This document shows positions 1 to 11,889 of a stretch of 64,000 bases of DNA, in pieces (position 1 is the first letter of the stretch; each line of letters starts with the position of its first letter). Both the position numbers and the translations under genes were made by a program. The notes under the pieces are model-generated. The model searched no databases. It was not told the origin of the DNA and saw only the letters and a list, made by a program, of their open reading frames with translations. Origin of the DNA: Octopus sinensis (Eukaryota); the NCBI RefSeq assembly GCF_006345805.1, contig NC_042999.1, forward strand, positions 149,668,001 to 149,732,000, written 5' to 3'.

Positions 1-286
1 TATGACTTAGTGTTATTCGACTCACCATCGCAAGGTCATGAGTTCGATTCTCGGCGGCGCCTGGTGTCCTTGAGCAAGACATTTTATTTCACATTTCCCC
101 GGTCCACTCAGCTCTCAAAAATGAGAGTACTTGTATTTCAGAGGGTGTGCCTTGTCACATATTACGTGTCATGCTGAATCTCCCTGAGAACTATGTAAGA
201 GGTACGCGTGTTTGGAGTTTTCAGCCACTTGCCCGTTAATTTCATGAGCATGCTGTTCCGTTGATCGGATCAATACTCGTCGTCGT
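1..286 (+). mobile_element. tRNA-derived SINE (head cut by window edge) carrying the SINE-C 3' module
   Basis: B-box-like GAGTTCGATTC at ~40, then GTGTCCTTGAGCAAGAC; the 3' half (CATGCTGAATCTCCCTGAGAAC...GTTGATCGGATCAA) matches 31540-31720 and the reverse complement of 19925-20090. Confidence 0.8.
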
Positions 287-632
287 TGTGAGTTCAAATT
301 CCGCCGAGGTCGACTTTGCCTTTCATCCTTTCAGGGTCGATAAATTAAGTACCAGTTATGCACTGGGGTCGATGTAATCGACTTAATATATATGTCTATC
401 CTTGTTTGTCCCTTCTATGTTTAGCCCCTTTTGGGTAATAAAGAAATAGGTATTTCGTCTGCCGTTACGTTGTGAGTTCAAATTCCGCCGAGGTCGACTT
501 TACCTTTCATCCTTTCGGGGTCGATAAATTAAGTACCAGTTACGCACGAGGGTCGATGTTATCGACTTAATACCTATGTCTGTCCTTGTTTGTCCCTTCT
601 ATGTTTAGCCCCTTGTGGGTAATAAAGAAATG
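287..632 (+). mobile_element. SINE-B tandem dimer, 5'-truncated
   Basis: Two copies of the core plus tail ending AAAGAAAT; internal junction AAAGAAATA|GGTATTTCGTC at 449. Confidence 0.9.
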
Positions 633-962
633 GGTAAGTTATACTGGGTCTCTGCTGTAAAGTGTCTTTGTTATGGACAGTGCACCACACCAGAGATACA
701 TTAAGGTCTATTGATCTTCGGTTGGTAGTTTGAGACTCGAGCAACTCAGCCGACTGTATCTCTCATTAGGCTTTCGTTAAGGTAAAAGTTATCGATCCGA
801 TTAATTGCTCTCTTTTTGCTGTAGTCAAGGAGAGAGAGGGCTGTTACGCTTTATAGAGAGCCAACAGCTGTTCAGAGCTAAAATGTACTTCTTCCTATGT
901 AATTCTATCATACGCGTCACCTAGAATGTAGCTGTTTGTATACAGCTATGTTGCTGCTAACG

Positions 963-1170
963 TTGTTGTCGTTTAGCAACCTGTCAGCTCCGATTGAGCA
1001 GAAGTAGTACGGTCGTCAAAAGCGTTCCAACTATGACTACCCAGTTTTTTAAAAGTATATGTAAAATTATATTATGCATATGCCATTTCCTTTCGAATAA
1101 GATGTGATTTGAGAGATATTTAACTGTTGTTCCTAATAGAATGAACGACTATGTAGAGGCAGCCCTTGTT
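963..1170 (-). mobile_element. Family E retroposon-like repeat, degenerate
   Basis: (GTT)n tail at 963 followed by the reverse complement of the family E body also seen at 18290-18600 and 25945-26290. Confidence 0.6.
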
Positions 1171-1278
1171 TTCATCTACATTTTTCTGGAGAAAGACTTA
1201 CATAATGTACTGGGTAAGACTTATCCTACATTCAATGCTGTCAAACTATAACTAAGTTCTAATGCATATAGAACTTTC

Positions 1279-1758
1279 GGTAATTTTTCAGAGTAACACC
1301 CGCACGATTTTCACTAAGAAAAAAAAAAACTCAGATTTTTTTGCGTGGAATCAAGTACCCTGACCTCCTAGTATGCTGCAAATTCCTTATTTTGGTTTGG
1401 AAAGTGGGGTAGTGTTAGGGTTTTAGGGTTAGCTTTAGGGTTTTAGGGTTAGGGAAATCCGTCCCGGATTCGTTTGAATTTTTTTTTCCTCAGTGAAAAT
1501 CGTGCTGGTGAAAAGATCAATGGAGGTGGTGGTGGGTGAAATTTCTGAGGCTTGCACCTCACCCTACTCCGTTTTTCGGACCCCTAAAAGAGTTTTGTAG
1601 CATATTAGGATGTCACAGGAATTCATTCAACGAAAAACAAAAATTCCGATCATCCCCACTTTTTCCATACCAAAATAAGGGATTTGCAGCATATTAGGAT
1701 GTCAGGGTACTTGATTCCACGCAAAAAAAATCCGAGTTTTTTCTTAGTGAAAAATTAC
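1279..1758. mobile_element. 480-bp non-autonomous DNA transposon (MITE), GG termini, 8-bp TSD (Merlin- or hAT-like)
   Basis: TSD GAACTTTC at 1271-1278 and 1759-1766; termini GGTAAT...ATTACC; ~110-bp inverted arms (1310-1410 vs 1653-1755); five TTAGGG at 1415-1454. Confidence 0.85.
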
Positions 1759-2373
1759 CGAACTTTCAGGTGTACATCTTGGGACTATTGTATTTATAAA
1801 GAGAAAACCAGGGCCTATTGATTAATTATGACTACGTCTTGAATATGAAGGTTCCATATTTACTGGACGTTGTGAACCTTAAGATAGTGAGTGGAATAAT
1901 TTTAATTGGTGAATCTTATCTATAAAACGCAGATTTTCTCTGTGAGTGTATTGAAAATTCATACATGTACACAATTCCAAATTTTGTGAATGAAAAAATC
2001 GGAATTAATATTCTAAATACCATAACTTGGGTCATGGGGGCATTTTTTCGGTCAAAATAACTCCCAATTACGAAAAAAAATCGATAAAACTACCCATTGT
2101 TCCTAGAAAGGGATGGGAATAGAGCCCTTAGGATCTTCTCCATAGATCTTATCAGAAACAACCGTCATAAGACTTTCCGGCTGGATTCTCAAGCGAACCA
2201 ACTGAAACAGTGGTTATTATCAATCCAGCTCGTTCTTGCTCTAACCATACGTCTCCGGCTGGAGCCGGAAAGACTCTCAGATCTCCGACCTACGCACCTT
2301 GGCGAGTAACAACTCTAATCAAAAGTCCACCAGAACCAAATGTATTTTAATAAAACTTTGTGCACATACTCTC

Positions 2374-2896
2374 TTTACTATTATACTCTTTTATTTGTTT
2401 CAGTCATTTGACTGTGACCATGCTGGAGAACCGCCTTTAGTTGAGCAAATCGACCCCAGGACTTATTCTTTGTAAGCCTTGTACTTATTCTATCGGTCCC
2501 TTTTGCCGAACCGCTAAGTTACGGGGACGTATTTACTATTATACTCTTTTACTTGTTTCAGTCATTTGACTGTGACCATGCTGGAGCACCGCCTTTAGTC
2601 GAGCAAATCGACCCCAGGACTTATTCTTTGTAAGCCTTGTACTTATTCTATCGGTCTCTTTTGCCGAACCGCTAAGTTACGGGGACGTAAATACACCAGC
2701 ACTGGTTGTCAAGTGATGCTGGGGGGGGGGACAAACACAGACACACAAACACACACATATATATATATACATATACATATATACGACGGGCTTCTTTCAG
2801 TTTCCGTTTACCAAATCCACTCATAAGGCTTTGGTCTGAACCCGGAACTATGTGGTTGGTAAGCAAGCTACTTACCACACAGCCACTCCTGCGCCT
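2374..2896 (-). mobile_element. SINE-D with internal deletion and a 158-bp tandem duplication of its 3' end
   Basis: Head reverse complement ...CACAGCCACTCCTGCGCCT at 2877-2896; tail repeated at 2374-2531 and 2532-2689. Confidence 0.9.
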
Positions 2897-2904
2897 ATAT
2901 TCAC

Positions 2905-3130
2905 GATAAGCTTTCTTATAAGATAATTCAATAACTCTGCCTTCATCTTCGACAACTGCTTCAATACTGGACCGAAATCGTCGATATGCCTGCACTATAT
3001 GGTCATTACACATTGTGGACATGACTGGACAAAAGTGACCTTCAGTGAAGGTACGATATTGTGAAGCTGTCGATTAGCAACGTTTCAAGTACAGTAGTCT
3101 ATGGGACTTAAGTCTAGCGACTTTGAAAGC
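2905..3130 (-). pseudogene. Tc1/mariner transposase C-terminal remnant (maT/DD37D-like)
   Basis: Minus-strand translation gives WLSKSLDLSPIDYC (decayed WPPNSPDLNPLDY) and YRRFRSSIEAVVEDEGRVIE. Confidence 0.7.
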
Positions 3131-3361
3131 CACGAATTTTGGTGAGACAGTCTACTCAGCTGAAAATGACTAGCAGTTTCGGAACGGTGCAATTCTTTCT
3201 TTCTTTCTCCGGCTGTCACATGCTCAATGTTCTACTGAGTCAAGTGCGGGAGGATCAAGAGGGTGTCTGTGGCTGCTTGCGACTAGACAGGTACCTAAGA
3301 CTAGACAGGCACAATGAACAAATGCATGGTACAAGCTATCAGATCATACATGTGTGCGTAC

Positions 3362-3817
3362 CTAGGAGAGAGAGAGAGGAAGATAGAGAGAATGAGGAAG
3401 GAGAGAGAGAGAGAATGAGTGAGTGAGTGAGTGAGTGAGTGAGTGAGTGAGTGTATGTATGTGTGTGTGCGTATGTGTGTGTGAATGTGTGTTCGAGCGG
3501 GAATGTGTGTGTGTGTGTGAGCGTGAGCGACTGCATATGCACATGAATATCTGTGCATGAAAGGTGAGTGTGTGCGTGTATCTTAACGTGTGTATCCTTT
3601 TATTTGCCTGTGCAGGTCTGTGTATGCGTGTATGTGTGTGTTTTCGTACTATCTACGTGTGCGTGCGTATATTAAAGTACATGTATGCAAATGACTGCGT
3701 CAATACGCTTCGGTTTTTTTCTTTTCTATCCAATAAATCTCTTTTTTTTTCTCTCACTTTTTCATTCACTTTCAATCTCTATCATAATTTTCAATTCATC
3801 CTCGGCGCACTCTCTTC

Positions 3818-3856
<39 letters not shown>

Positions 3857-4420
3857 CTCTCACATTCACTCACTCACTCACTCACTAACCATCTCTTCTT
3901 CCCTTTCGTTCTCTCTTTTGTTATCTTTTATTCAACTAAATTTTCTTTCCGACATTTTCGGACACTCTTTCTTGTCTGTAGTAAGCCTCAATGATACTTC
4001 GTGCTGCCCGTCGTTCCTCTATGCTCGAAGCTATGCCTTTCAATTTCACAAATCGTCATTTCCTTCTTCACATCGACTCGCAAAAGGCACCGTCGTGACA
4101 AGCGGTCTTTTAAACCTGGCTTCGATGTTTCAAACCTGGCTGATTTCTTCTTCTTCTTCTTCTTCTTCTTCTTCTTCTTTCTTCTTCTTCTTCTTCTTCT
4201 TCGTCTTCTTCTTCGTCTTCTCTTCTTCGTCTTCTTCTCTTCTCTTCTCTTCTATTTCTTCTTCTTCTTCTTCTTCTTCTTCTTCTTCTTCTTCTTCTTC
4301 TTCTTCTTCGTCTTCTTCTTCGTCTTCTTCTTCTTCGTCTTCTTCGTCTTCTTCGTCTTCTTCTTCTTCTATTTCTTCTTCTTCTTCTTTTTCTTCTTCT
4401 TCCTTTTCTTCTTCTTAGAG
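3362..4420. repeat. Compound microsatellites (GA, GAGT, GT, CT) and a long (TTC)n tract at 4143-4420
   Basis: Direct inspection. Confidence 0.95.
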
Positions 4421-4931
4421 AGATGGGGAAGAGAGAGATGAAGAAGAAGCATGAGGAGGAGAAGAAGATGAAGAAGAAGAAGAAGAAAAATTGACCCTAG
4501 TACTGGATTGGTACTTTATTAGTGGTACTTTATTATTGGTATATATTAAAGGATGAACATGAAAGGTTAATTAACCTCAGCAAAATTTGAACTCAGAGTG
4601 CAGCGTACCGCAACGAATACCACATATCGGTCTTCGTTCCGATATTCTAACGACTACAAAATAACCTCCGTACAGTGCAATTTCATCATTATTGGTTGCT
4701 GGCAGGTGACAGGTTGTGATGAATCCTTGAGTTAACTAACCGGAGAACTGCCCGCTGTGTTGACCGGTAACTACGATCATCATTGGTCAAAACTGGACAC
4801 AACAGTTAAGACGTCATCAAATGCAAACGGATTTGATGTTCTCGCGATAAATTTGAACCAAGCAGTCATATGACGGCTTACATACAGCGACAAATATGGG
4901 CATACAAAAATATACAAAACGCGCGCGCGCG

Positions 4932-4992
<61 letters not shown>

Positions 4993-5233
4993 ATACACAA
5001 AGGTTTTTGCCATACTCATCACGGAAAATGGCATAATGTGTGTGTATATCTATGGTGTGTGTGTGTGGTGTGTGTGTGTGTGTGAGTGAACTGTGGGTGT
5101 GTAACGCGTGGTTCCGGGTTCAACTTCATTTCATAGGACATTGGTCAAGTGTCATCAAGTACAGAATCAGCTGAAATAGATTTAGTAAACGGAAAGTACA
5201 GAAGTCGGTTGTGTGTCCGTGTATATGTATATA

Positions 5234-5264
<31 letters not shown>

Positions 5265-5283
5265 ATGTATGTATGTATGTATG

Positions 5284-5322
<39 letters not shown>

Positions 5323-5534
5323 CACACACACACACAGTGGCTCACATACAATATCTATACAACAGGATAAGTCTCAAGAGTACTTAATACGTCAAATGCA
5401 GCATTATTTTTGCTGTTTAGCTGTCAACAACTCTTGCGGTTATAACTCAGGGGTTTGGCCAGTGACACAGGACACTCTCTGTGAGCCCATGAACGACCGA
5501 GTAATGGGAGTTGAAGTCACTGACCGCTAAACTA

Positions 5535-5904
5535 TACTTTTCTACTCTAGGCACAAGGCCCGAATTTTTTAGGGAGGTGGGGAAGTCGATTAGATCGACC
5601 CCAGTACGCAACTGGTACTTAATTTATCGACCCCGAAAGGATGAAAGGCAAAGTCGACCTCGGCGGAATTTGAACTCAGAATGTAAAGACAGACGAAATA
5701 CCAATTTCTTTACTACCCACAAGGGGCTAAACATAGAGTGGACAAACAAGGACAGACAAACGGATTAAGTCGATTATATCGACCCCAGTGCGTATCTGGT
5801 ACTTATTTAATCGACCCCGAAAGGATGAAAGGCAAAGTCGACCTCAGCAGAATTTGAACTCAGAACGTAGCGGCAGACGAAATACCTATTTCTTTACTAC
5901 CCAC
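5535..5904 (-). mobile_element. SINE-A plus SINE-B tandem array
   Basis: Core repeated twice; junctions GAAATACC|AATTTC at ~5702 and GAAATACC|TATTTC at 5886. Confidence 0.9.
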
Positions 5905-6072
5905 ATTCAACGAAAAAAAAATTCCAACGATTACGGGATTGGCGGGGGAAACCCGAAGTAAAATTAAGGATTTGCAGTATATTAGGAGGTCAGGGTACTT
6001 GATTCCACGTAAAAAATCTTCTTTTTTTTTTTCTTAGTGAAAATCGTGCGGTTGTTAATATAGAAATTTACC
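5905..6072. mobile_element. Right end of the same MITE family as 1279-1758
   Basis: GATTTGCAGTATATTAGGAGGTCAGGGTACTTGATTCCACG...CTTAGTGAAAATCGTGCGG...AAATTTACC matches 1680-1758 and the left TIR. Confidence 0.8.
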
Positions 6073-6574
6073 ATAATATTGTTATTTAGCCTCAAATCAG
6101 TCCTGATACTGCAAACCTGTCATCAAAGACATTCAAACCTTCAGCAAACCTATCTTTTTAGGGATAATCTAGGACATTGCGTACAATGGGCGTGTGATTT
6201 AGGTAGGATGATACTTTGGCTGCTATTTTTTGCGTGTCGAGTGACCAGGTAGAGGCTCTTTCATTGGTTCGATTGCGTGATGAGAGTTTTTTTACTTATA
6301 CTTATATATGTAATATGCATATATACCATCGGCAGAAGTTAGAGGGTAAGTCAAAAGCTGAGAGTTTCGTGTATTGGCACTTATCAAACACGAATTTGTC
6401 CATTGTCACTCTGTAACTTCTGACGAAATAACTTCTAAAATGCAAAATTTTGTCAAAAACGTTAAGAGTAAACCCTGTTCTATGTGACACATTTTACCAG
6501 TATCGGAAGTTTGAAAGTATTTAGTTTTAAAAAATTCATGAAATAATCTGTACGTCTAATAGAATAAATCGGAA

Positions 6575-7212
6575 ATGGATGAAAGGCAAAGTCGACCTCG
6601 GCGGAACTTGAACTCAGAACGTAAAGACAGACGAAATACCGCTTCTAAAATACAAAATTCTAAAATACAAATTTTTTTCAAAAACGTTAAGTCGATCTAT
6701 CCTAGTACGCAAATGGTACTTAATTTATCGACCCAAAAGGATGAAAGGCAAAGTCGGCCTCAGCGGAATTAGAACTCAGAACGTAAAGACAGGCGAAATA
6801 CTTATTTCTTCATTGCCCACAAAGGGCTAAACATAGAGAGGACAAACAAGGATAGACAAACGGATTAAGTCGATTATATCGACCCAGTACGTATCTGGTA
6901 CTTATTTAATCGACACCGAAAGGATGAAAGGCAAAGTCGACCTCGGCGAAATTTGAAGTAAAGTCAGACAAAATACCTATTTCTTTACTACCCACAAGGG
7001 GCTAAACACAGAGAGGACAAACAAAAACAACCAAACGGATTAAGTCGATTATATCGACCACAGTGCGTAACTGGTACTTATTTAATCGACCCCAAAAGGA
7101 TGAAAGGCAAAGTCGACCAGGGCGGAATTTGAACTCAGAACGTAACGGCAGACGAAATACGGCTGCGTATTTCGCCCGGCGTGCTAACGTTTGTGCCAGC
7201 TCGCCGCCTTAG
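6575..7212 (-). mobile_element. Four-unit SINE-A/B tandem array
   Basis: Core GGATGAAAGGCAAAGTCG at ~6577, 6739, 6922 and 7098; complete head ends GCCAGCTCGCCGCCTT at ~7210. Confidence 0.9.
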
Positions 7213-7595
7213 CGAATAAGCATTCATTTTTAGAAAGATGTTCTTTATTCTTATTGCTAAAGCGTTACTTACTGACACAAAATTTCGTAACATTTTATCT
7301 CATAACTGTTTTTCTACTAATTTTTGTTCAATGCGACTAACGATTCTGAATTCTTCATGCATTTTTTTATCATTTAAGCCTAAGAAAAGCATAATTTTAA
7401 TTTAAAATTTAAAACCAAATCTCAAACTATTTATGCTAAAGTGTAGGTGAGGAGGTGTCCTCTTTAAAACTGTTAACAGTTTGCAATTTAGTTGAGAACT
7501 GAATTAGTGGCGAAGCTTAGAAGCTGCTGCGGTCGACGAAATGGTGGACTTTAGAATATATGACTGTGCATATATATACATGTGTGTGTGTGTTA

Positions 7596-7672
<77 letters not shown>

Positions 7673-7684
7673 CATACATATATA

Positions 7685-8497
7685 CAGGGTGCATAGCTAA
7701 ATTGTCGCTATTTAACATTTTTAATTTCGTGCATGCGCATTGTTTTTTATTTTGTCAACTACACAGTATAGTTGGGTCAGTTGGGCACCGTTTGTGAGAG
7801 AAACAGCGCCATGACGCAATTCACTCTGCCAGAAATTTAGAAATGACATGCTGTACTACTTGGCATTCGCGCCGGAAGCTCCAATGCGAACATTTCAGAG
7901 TCTTTGGGTGTCGATCTGAAGACAATGCAGAGGATTCGAAAAGATTTGATGAGTCTAATAGTGATTGCGAAGGTACGGCAGCTCGGAAAACTCACTCTGA
8001 TTGTTCTGATAAAAAAAAAGAGCTCCTGAATTTGTTGGTGAGATCCAGGCCATAATTGATAACAATCTCTCCGAGTGAATTAAGTCTGTCACCATGGACA
8101 TAAGGGTGTTTGAGTTTCTTATCAAGCAGGTAATGCATGAAGACATTCAGTATTCCTCATACAAAATGAGAAAGGGCCAGTTTTTATCTCAGGCCATCAA
8201 GGACAAAAGGAAAGCCCGCGCTACGAAGCTTTTGAACAAACTCAAGCATCCCCTCCAAGTAAACATGCTTTGGTTTTTCTCAGACGAGAAAATTTTCCGC
8301 CAGGATCAGATGGTGGACACACAGAATAACTGTTGGCTTGCTGTGTCCCCAAAACATGTACCAGTCAACGTCATTGTGTTTGGAGTGATCACTAGTGATG
8401 GCGACGTTATGCCTCCATTCATCTTCCCACGTGACCTCAGACTCAACACGGAGGCCTACATCAAGTGCCTAGAGGAGGTAGTGCTGTCAAGAGGGTG
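7685..8497 (+). mobile_element. Tc1/mariner (maT/DD37D-like) 5' half, decayed transposase
   Basis: TA|CAGGGTGCATAGCTAAATTGTCG left TIR; ORF 8094-8498 contains WFFSDEKIF and VIVFGVITSDGDVMPPFIFP; no right TIR found. Confidence 0.85.
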
Positions 8498-8584
8498 AGA
8501 TCAGTGCAGACAACCGTCAAATGTCGCATAATCTCTCTCTCAGACAGCATTTCCTAAACAGCAGCAGCAAAAATAAATATATTA

Positions 8585-8955
8585 ACTTAATGCTGAAAAA
8601 TGAAGAAAACAATAACCTACGTGTTAGAATTGAACTCTCCGGGAAGTATTTTCTTCCTGATGACCTCCCATACAACCCAAATCAGCTCGATTAGTATACT
8701 TCAAGAAGACCTAGAAGTGAAACGTTCAGCATACCAAAAAGTGACCATGCATGGGTATGTTTCTCGTAGACTTGAAGAAGATAATAACATTGACACAAAG
8801 CGAAGTCTCTTTTGGACTCATGGCCTATACATCACATCACATTTCGAAAGCTATGCATTTGAAATCAAGAACCGTAGATTGCTATTAAATACATAGCCAG
8901 CAAAAGAGACTGTGAAGCTCTTCGAATTCCAAGATGCAACCGTAAATGTAGATTT
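8585..8955 (+). pseudogene. RLE-type (R4/Dong-like) non-LTR retrotransposon fragment, part 1
   Basis: MHGYVSRRLEEDNNID...SHFESYAFEIK, ending at the start of the zinc-finger region (NRKCRF). Confidence 0.65.
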
Positions 8956-9022
8956 TTTTTCTCTAGTTTCAGCTCAGAGCTGCGGCCATGCTGATGCACC
9001 GCCGTTTTGTGCTACACTGTTA

Positions 9023-9432
9023 TTACGAAGAACCTCGTCTAATATGTGGCACTTGGTGAAGAATGGAGTTTGATATAGCTACTCTCATTTGCACCTCTTG
9101 TTGTGGGGTATGTTCATCTGGGACTCTTGACAGGAAGATGTCCAGCTTTGATTTAAAAACCGCTACATCTACTTTGTGCAAGTTCCTCAGACTCTTTGGG
9201 AGAATATTAAAAAGCTGTGGGCCCTTGAAACCCAGGCTGTTGCAGAAGCTGGTCCTGAAGCGTGATGGCATTGCTGGGATCTTTGGCACTATGCAGTGTC
9301 GTCCCGTTCTAGCATTGGTGTAGCTTACAATGCCAGAATTTGGCACAATTCCTTCCAGGATCTTCCAGACATATATTACTGCATACCTCTCCCGTCTTCT
9401 CTCATATTTCTGTGGAAGACATCATACTTGTG
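9023..9432 (-). pseudogene. CR1-group LINE ORF2 C-terminal fragment
   Basis: ERRRERYAVIYVWKILEGIVPN...GPQLFNILPKSLRNL...FKSKLDIFLSRVPDE. Confidence 0.8.
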
Positions 9433-9433
9433 A

Positions 9434-9915
9434 TTAACAGTTTCCCGAAAATGTCATCGCGGTGAGGTTGTCGCAGAAACAATATACAAAGTTATTCGGA
9501 AAAAAAGACTTTCTTGGATTAAATATAGAGGATCTTCTTGTTACTGAATAGGTAAACAAATACCAGCACAAGGAATACTGGTGGAACATTCCCATCAAAA
9601 CATCTGTCAGGTGTAAGCATAACAAGCCGGATATTTTTGTTTGGGACAGACAAGGAAAAGTATTTACCGTCATAGAGGTCAACTGCCCAGCTGATTTGAA
9701 TACCTCTTTGAAAATCAAAGAGAGAGAAGATAAGTATGAACAACTGCTTCGAAACCTCCAGCTTCTATATCTGAATTACAATTTTACATTTATTTGTAAG
9801 TAAATGCCTAGCTGTCAGTCTGGGTAAGCTTCGATTTTCAGAAAAAGAAACCAAGTGATTCGCACATTACAAATACAATCTGCAAGGGGAACAGTAAAAC
9901 TATGCAAGACTTTCA
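9434..9915 (+). pseudogene. RLE-type LINE fragment, part 2 (PD-(D/E)xK restriction-like endonuclease)
   Basis: YWWNIPIKTSVRCKHNKPDIFVWDRQGKVFTVIEVNCPADLN...REDKYEQL. Confidence 0.8.
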
Positions 9916-9931
9916 CATACGCACACACTTT

Positions 9932-10070
9932 TGGGGGCGCGTGGTTTGATAGTTAAAGTTTTGGACTCATGATCGTAAAATTGTGGTTTCAGTTCCCGGA
10001 CTGGGCGATGCGTTGCGTTTTGAAGAATGCACTTAATTTCACATTGCTCCCGCTCGCTCACTAAGAATCT
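9932..10070 (+). mobile_element. tRNA-derived SINE head fragment
   Basis: GGGGCGCGTGGTTTGATAGTTAAAG...GGACTCATGATC...GTTTCAGTTCCCGG; related reverse copy at ~10340-10560. Confidence 0.6.
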
Positions 10071-10104
10071 TTATCTTTTTATACAATATACATACACACA
10101 CATG

Positions 10105-10148
<44 letters not shown>

Positions 10149-10215
10149 AACGTGCGTGCGTGCGCGCGCGCGAGTGCGTATGTGTGTGTATACATACATA
10201 AATATATATATATAT

Positions 10216-10297
<82 letters not shown>

Positions 10298-11082
10298 TAT
10301 ATACATGCATAGATGTATACACATACATATATGATGGACACTCCCCTGTCGAATATGATGTATGAGTGTTCAGCTTTTACTGAACGAGTTGCACAAATGA
10401 TTTATTTATAGGGATCAAATGGATGTGCTGTACATTACTGCACTCCTTCCACCAAATCGTTTACCACAGTTTACCACATGTCAGGTGTCAAAGTGATCGC
10501 AGAGAAACGTGAAATGAAGTGTTTTGCTCAAGACCACAACGCATCACCCAGTTTAGGAATTGAAATAAGTAACAAGGATGTCCAGGTATTAGTGCATTAC
10601 GGCCGTTTCAAGCGGCTACATTTAATCGATCAATGCAAGCATTACATCAATTTGAAATAAACCGCTCTCCTCGGAAGCATAAGATTATATAGGTTTTCAA
10701 CATACAGACTACTCCATTATGATTTTTTAACAAATTTTTTTATCCTTTAAGATTTTTTCATAATGGTGGAAATTTTTATATAAATATATTTTACTAAGGT
10801 TCCTTAAATAAGTTATAGAATTGCTTATCTTCGCTTCTCGGATTAAATCTGAATTTAATTATGGGTTCATTGTTGAATAGTTTTAACATGACCACCTTAA
10901 CAGTATGCTAGGATGAAGCATTATGAGGGTTGTATTTTACATAAAAGTACCCCATTTTAGGGGGCATAGATTGCTTTATCTACCCTTCTTCTCTTACTTG
11001 GTCCTTAAATCCCTTTCTAAATTTTATTATTTAATATACAAAATATAATAATATATAAATTTTGATAAATTTGAATATACTT

Positions 11083-11277
11083 TTCCCCCCTATATCCTTC
11101 GCTTCACAACCGATGGTGGTGTGTTTATGTCCCCGTAACTTAACGGTTAGGCAAAAGAGACTGATAGAATAAGTACTAACTAGGCAAAAAAAATAGTTCT
11201 GGTGTCGATTTGCTCGACTAAAAAACCCTTCAAGGCGGTACTCCAGCATGGCCGTAGTCAAATGACCGAAACAAATA
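11083..11277 (+). mobile_element. SINE-D 3' portion
   Basis: GTCCCCGTAACTTAACGG...CCAGCATGGCCGTAGTCAAATGACCGAAAC. Confidence 0.85.
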
Positions 11278-11294
11278 AATATACATATATACAG

Positions 11295-11657
11295 ATTACA
11301 AGCTCAGGTTTATACCTGTAATTATACCAAAATTGAGAAATTAGGCTTCTCAAAACCAGGAAGGAGAAAGCTGATTTGAAAACTACAGATCCAATCCATC
11401 AGTGGAACTGTAAAAATCTGTAAAACTTGTCAGAAGTTTATCATTTAAATATATATGAGCATGTCTAGATATGCAAGTATATGCATGAGAATACATACAT
11501 TAAACATACAAATCTGCACATATACATGCATACATATATACAAAAAAAAATACCCTGTTGTTGATGTTGAAATTCTAATGAAGGAGCCTTGAATCTAGGT
11601 TAGAAACCGGCTCTTTCTCTATTGAAAAGAAATTTTGAAATAAAACTGAACAATGAC
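11295..11657 (+). mobile_element. RLE-type LINE 3' end (ORF C-terminus plus 3' UTR) joined to (TACA)n
   Basis: EKLGFSKPGRRKLI*KLQIQSISGTVKICKT, similar to 9850-9915; AATAAA at ~11639 followed by (CATA)n. Confidence 0.65.
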
Positions 11658-11816
11658 ATACATACATACATACATACATACATACATACATACATACATA
11701 CATACATGCGTACATACATACATACATACATACATACATACATACATACATACATACATACATACATACATACATACGTACGTACGTACATATATGTATA
11801 TACATACACAAACATG

Positions 11817-11877
<61 letters not shown>

Positions 11878-11889
11878 GGAGAGAGAGAG

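Noticed and set aside
1415-1454. True telomere or chromosome-fusion relic
   Set aside because: Only five interrupted TTAGGG units, lying inside a TSD-flanked MITE.
2098-2366. Possible solo LTR (TG...AATAAA...CA)
   Set aside because: No 4-6-bp TSD for any plausible boundary and no second copy, PBS or PPT.
4730-4790. Candidate small exons here and at ~46725-46797 and ~40300-40375
   Set aside because: Plausible splice dinucleotides exist, but there is no recognisable protein, no consistent gene structure and such sites are frequent by chance.
5535-7212. Regularly spaced SINE core repeats resembling a CRISPR array
   Set aside because: The intervening sequences are homologous SINE tails rather than unique spacers, the context is eukaryotic and there are no cas genes.
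2905-8497. Complementary maT transposase halves (C-terminal part on minus at ~2905-3230, N-terminal part on plus at 7685-8497) suggesting a 5.3-kb inversion
   Set aside because: The geometry fits, but the halves do not overlap, the upstream piece looks much more decayed and may be a different subfamily, and no matching breakpoint flanks were seen. It needs alignment to a family consensus.
10690-11040. Possible Penelope-like ORF remnant on the minus strand
   Set aside because: Only vague resemblance in very AT-rich sequence with many stops; no diagnostic RT or GIY-YIG motif is readable.
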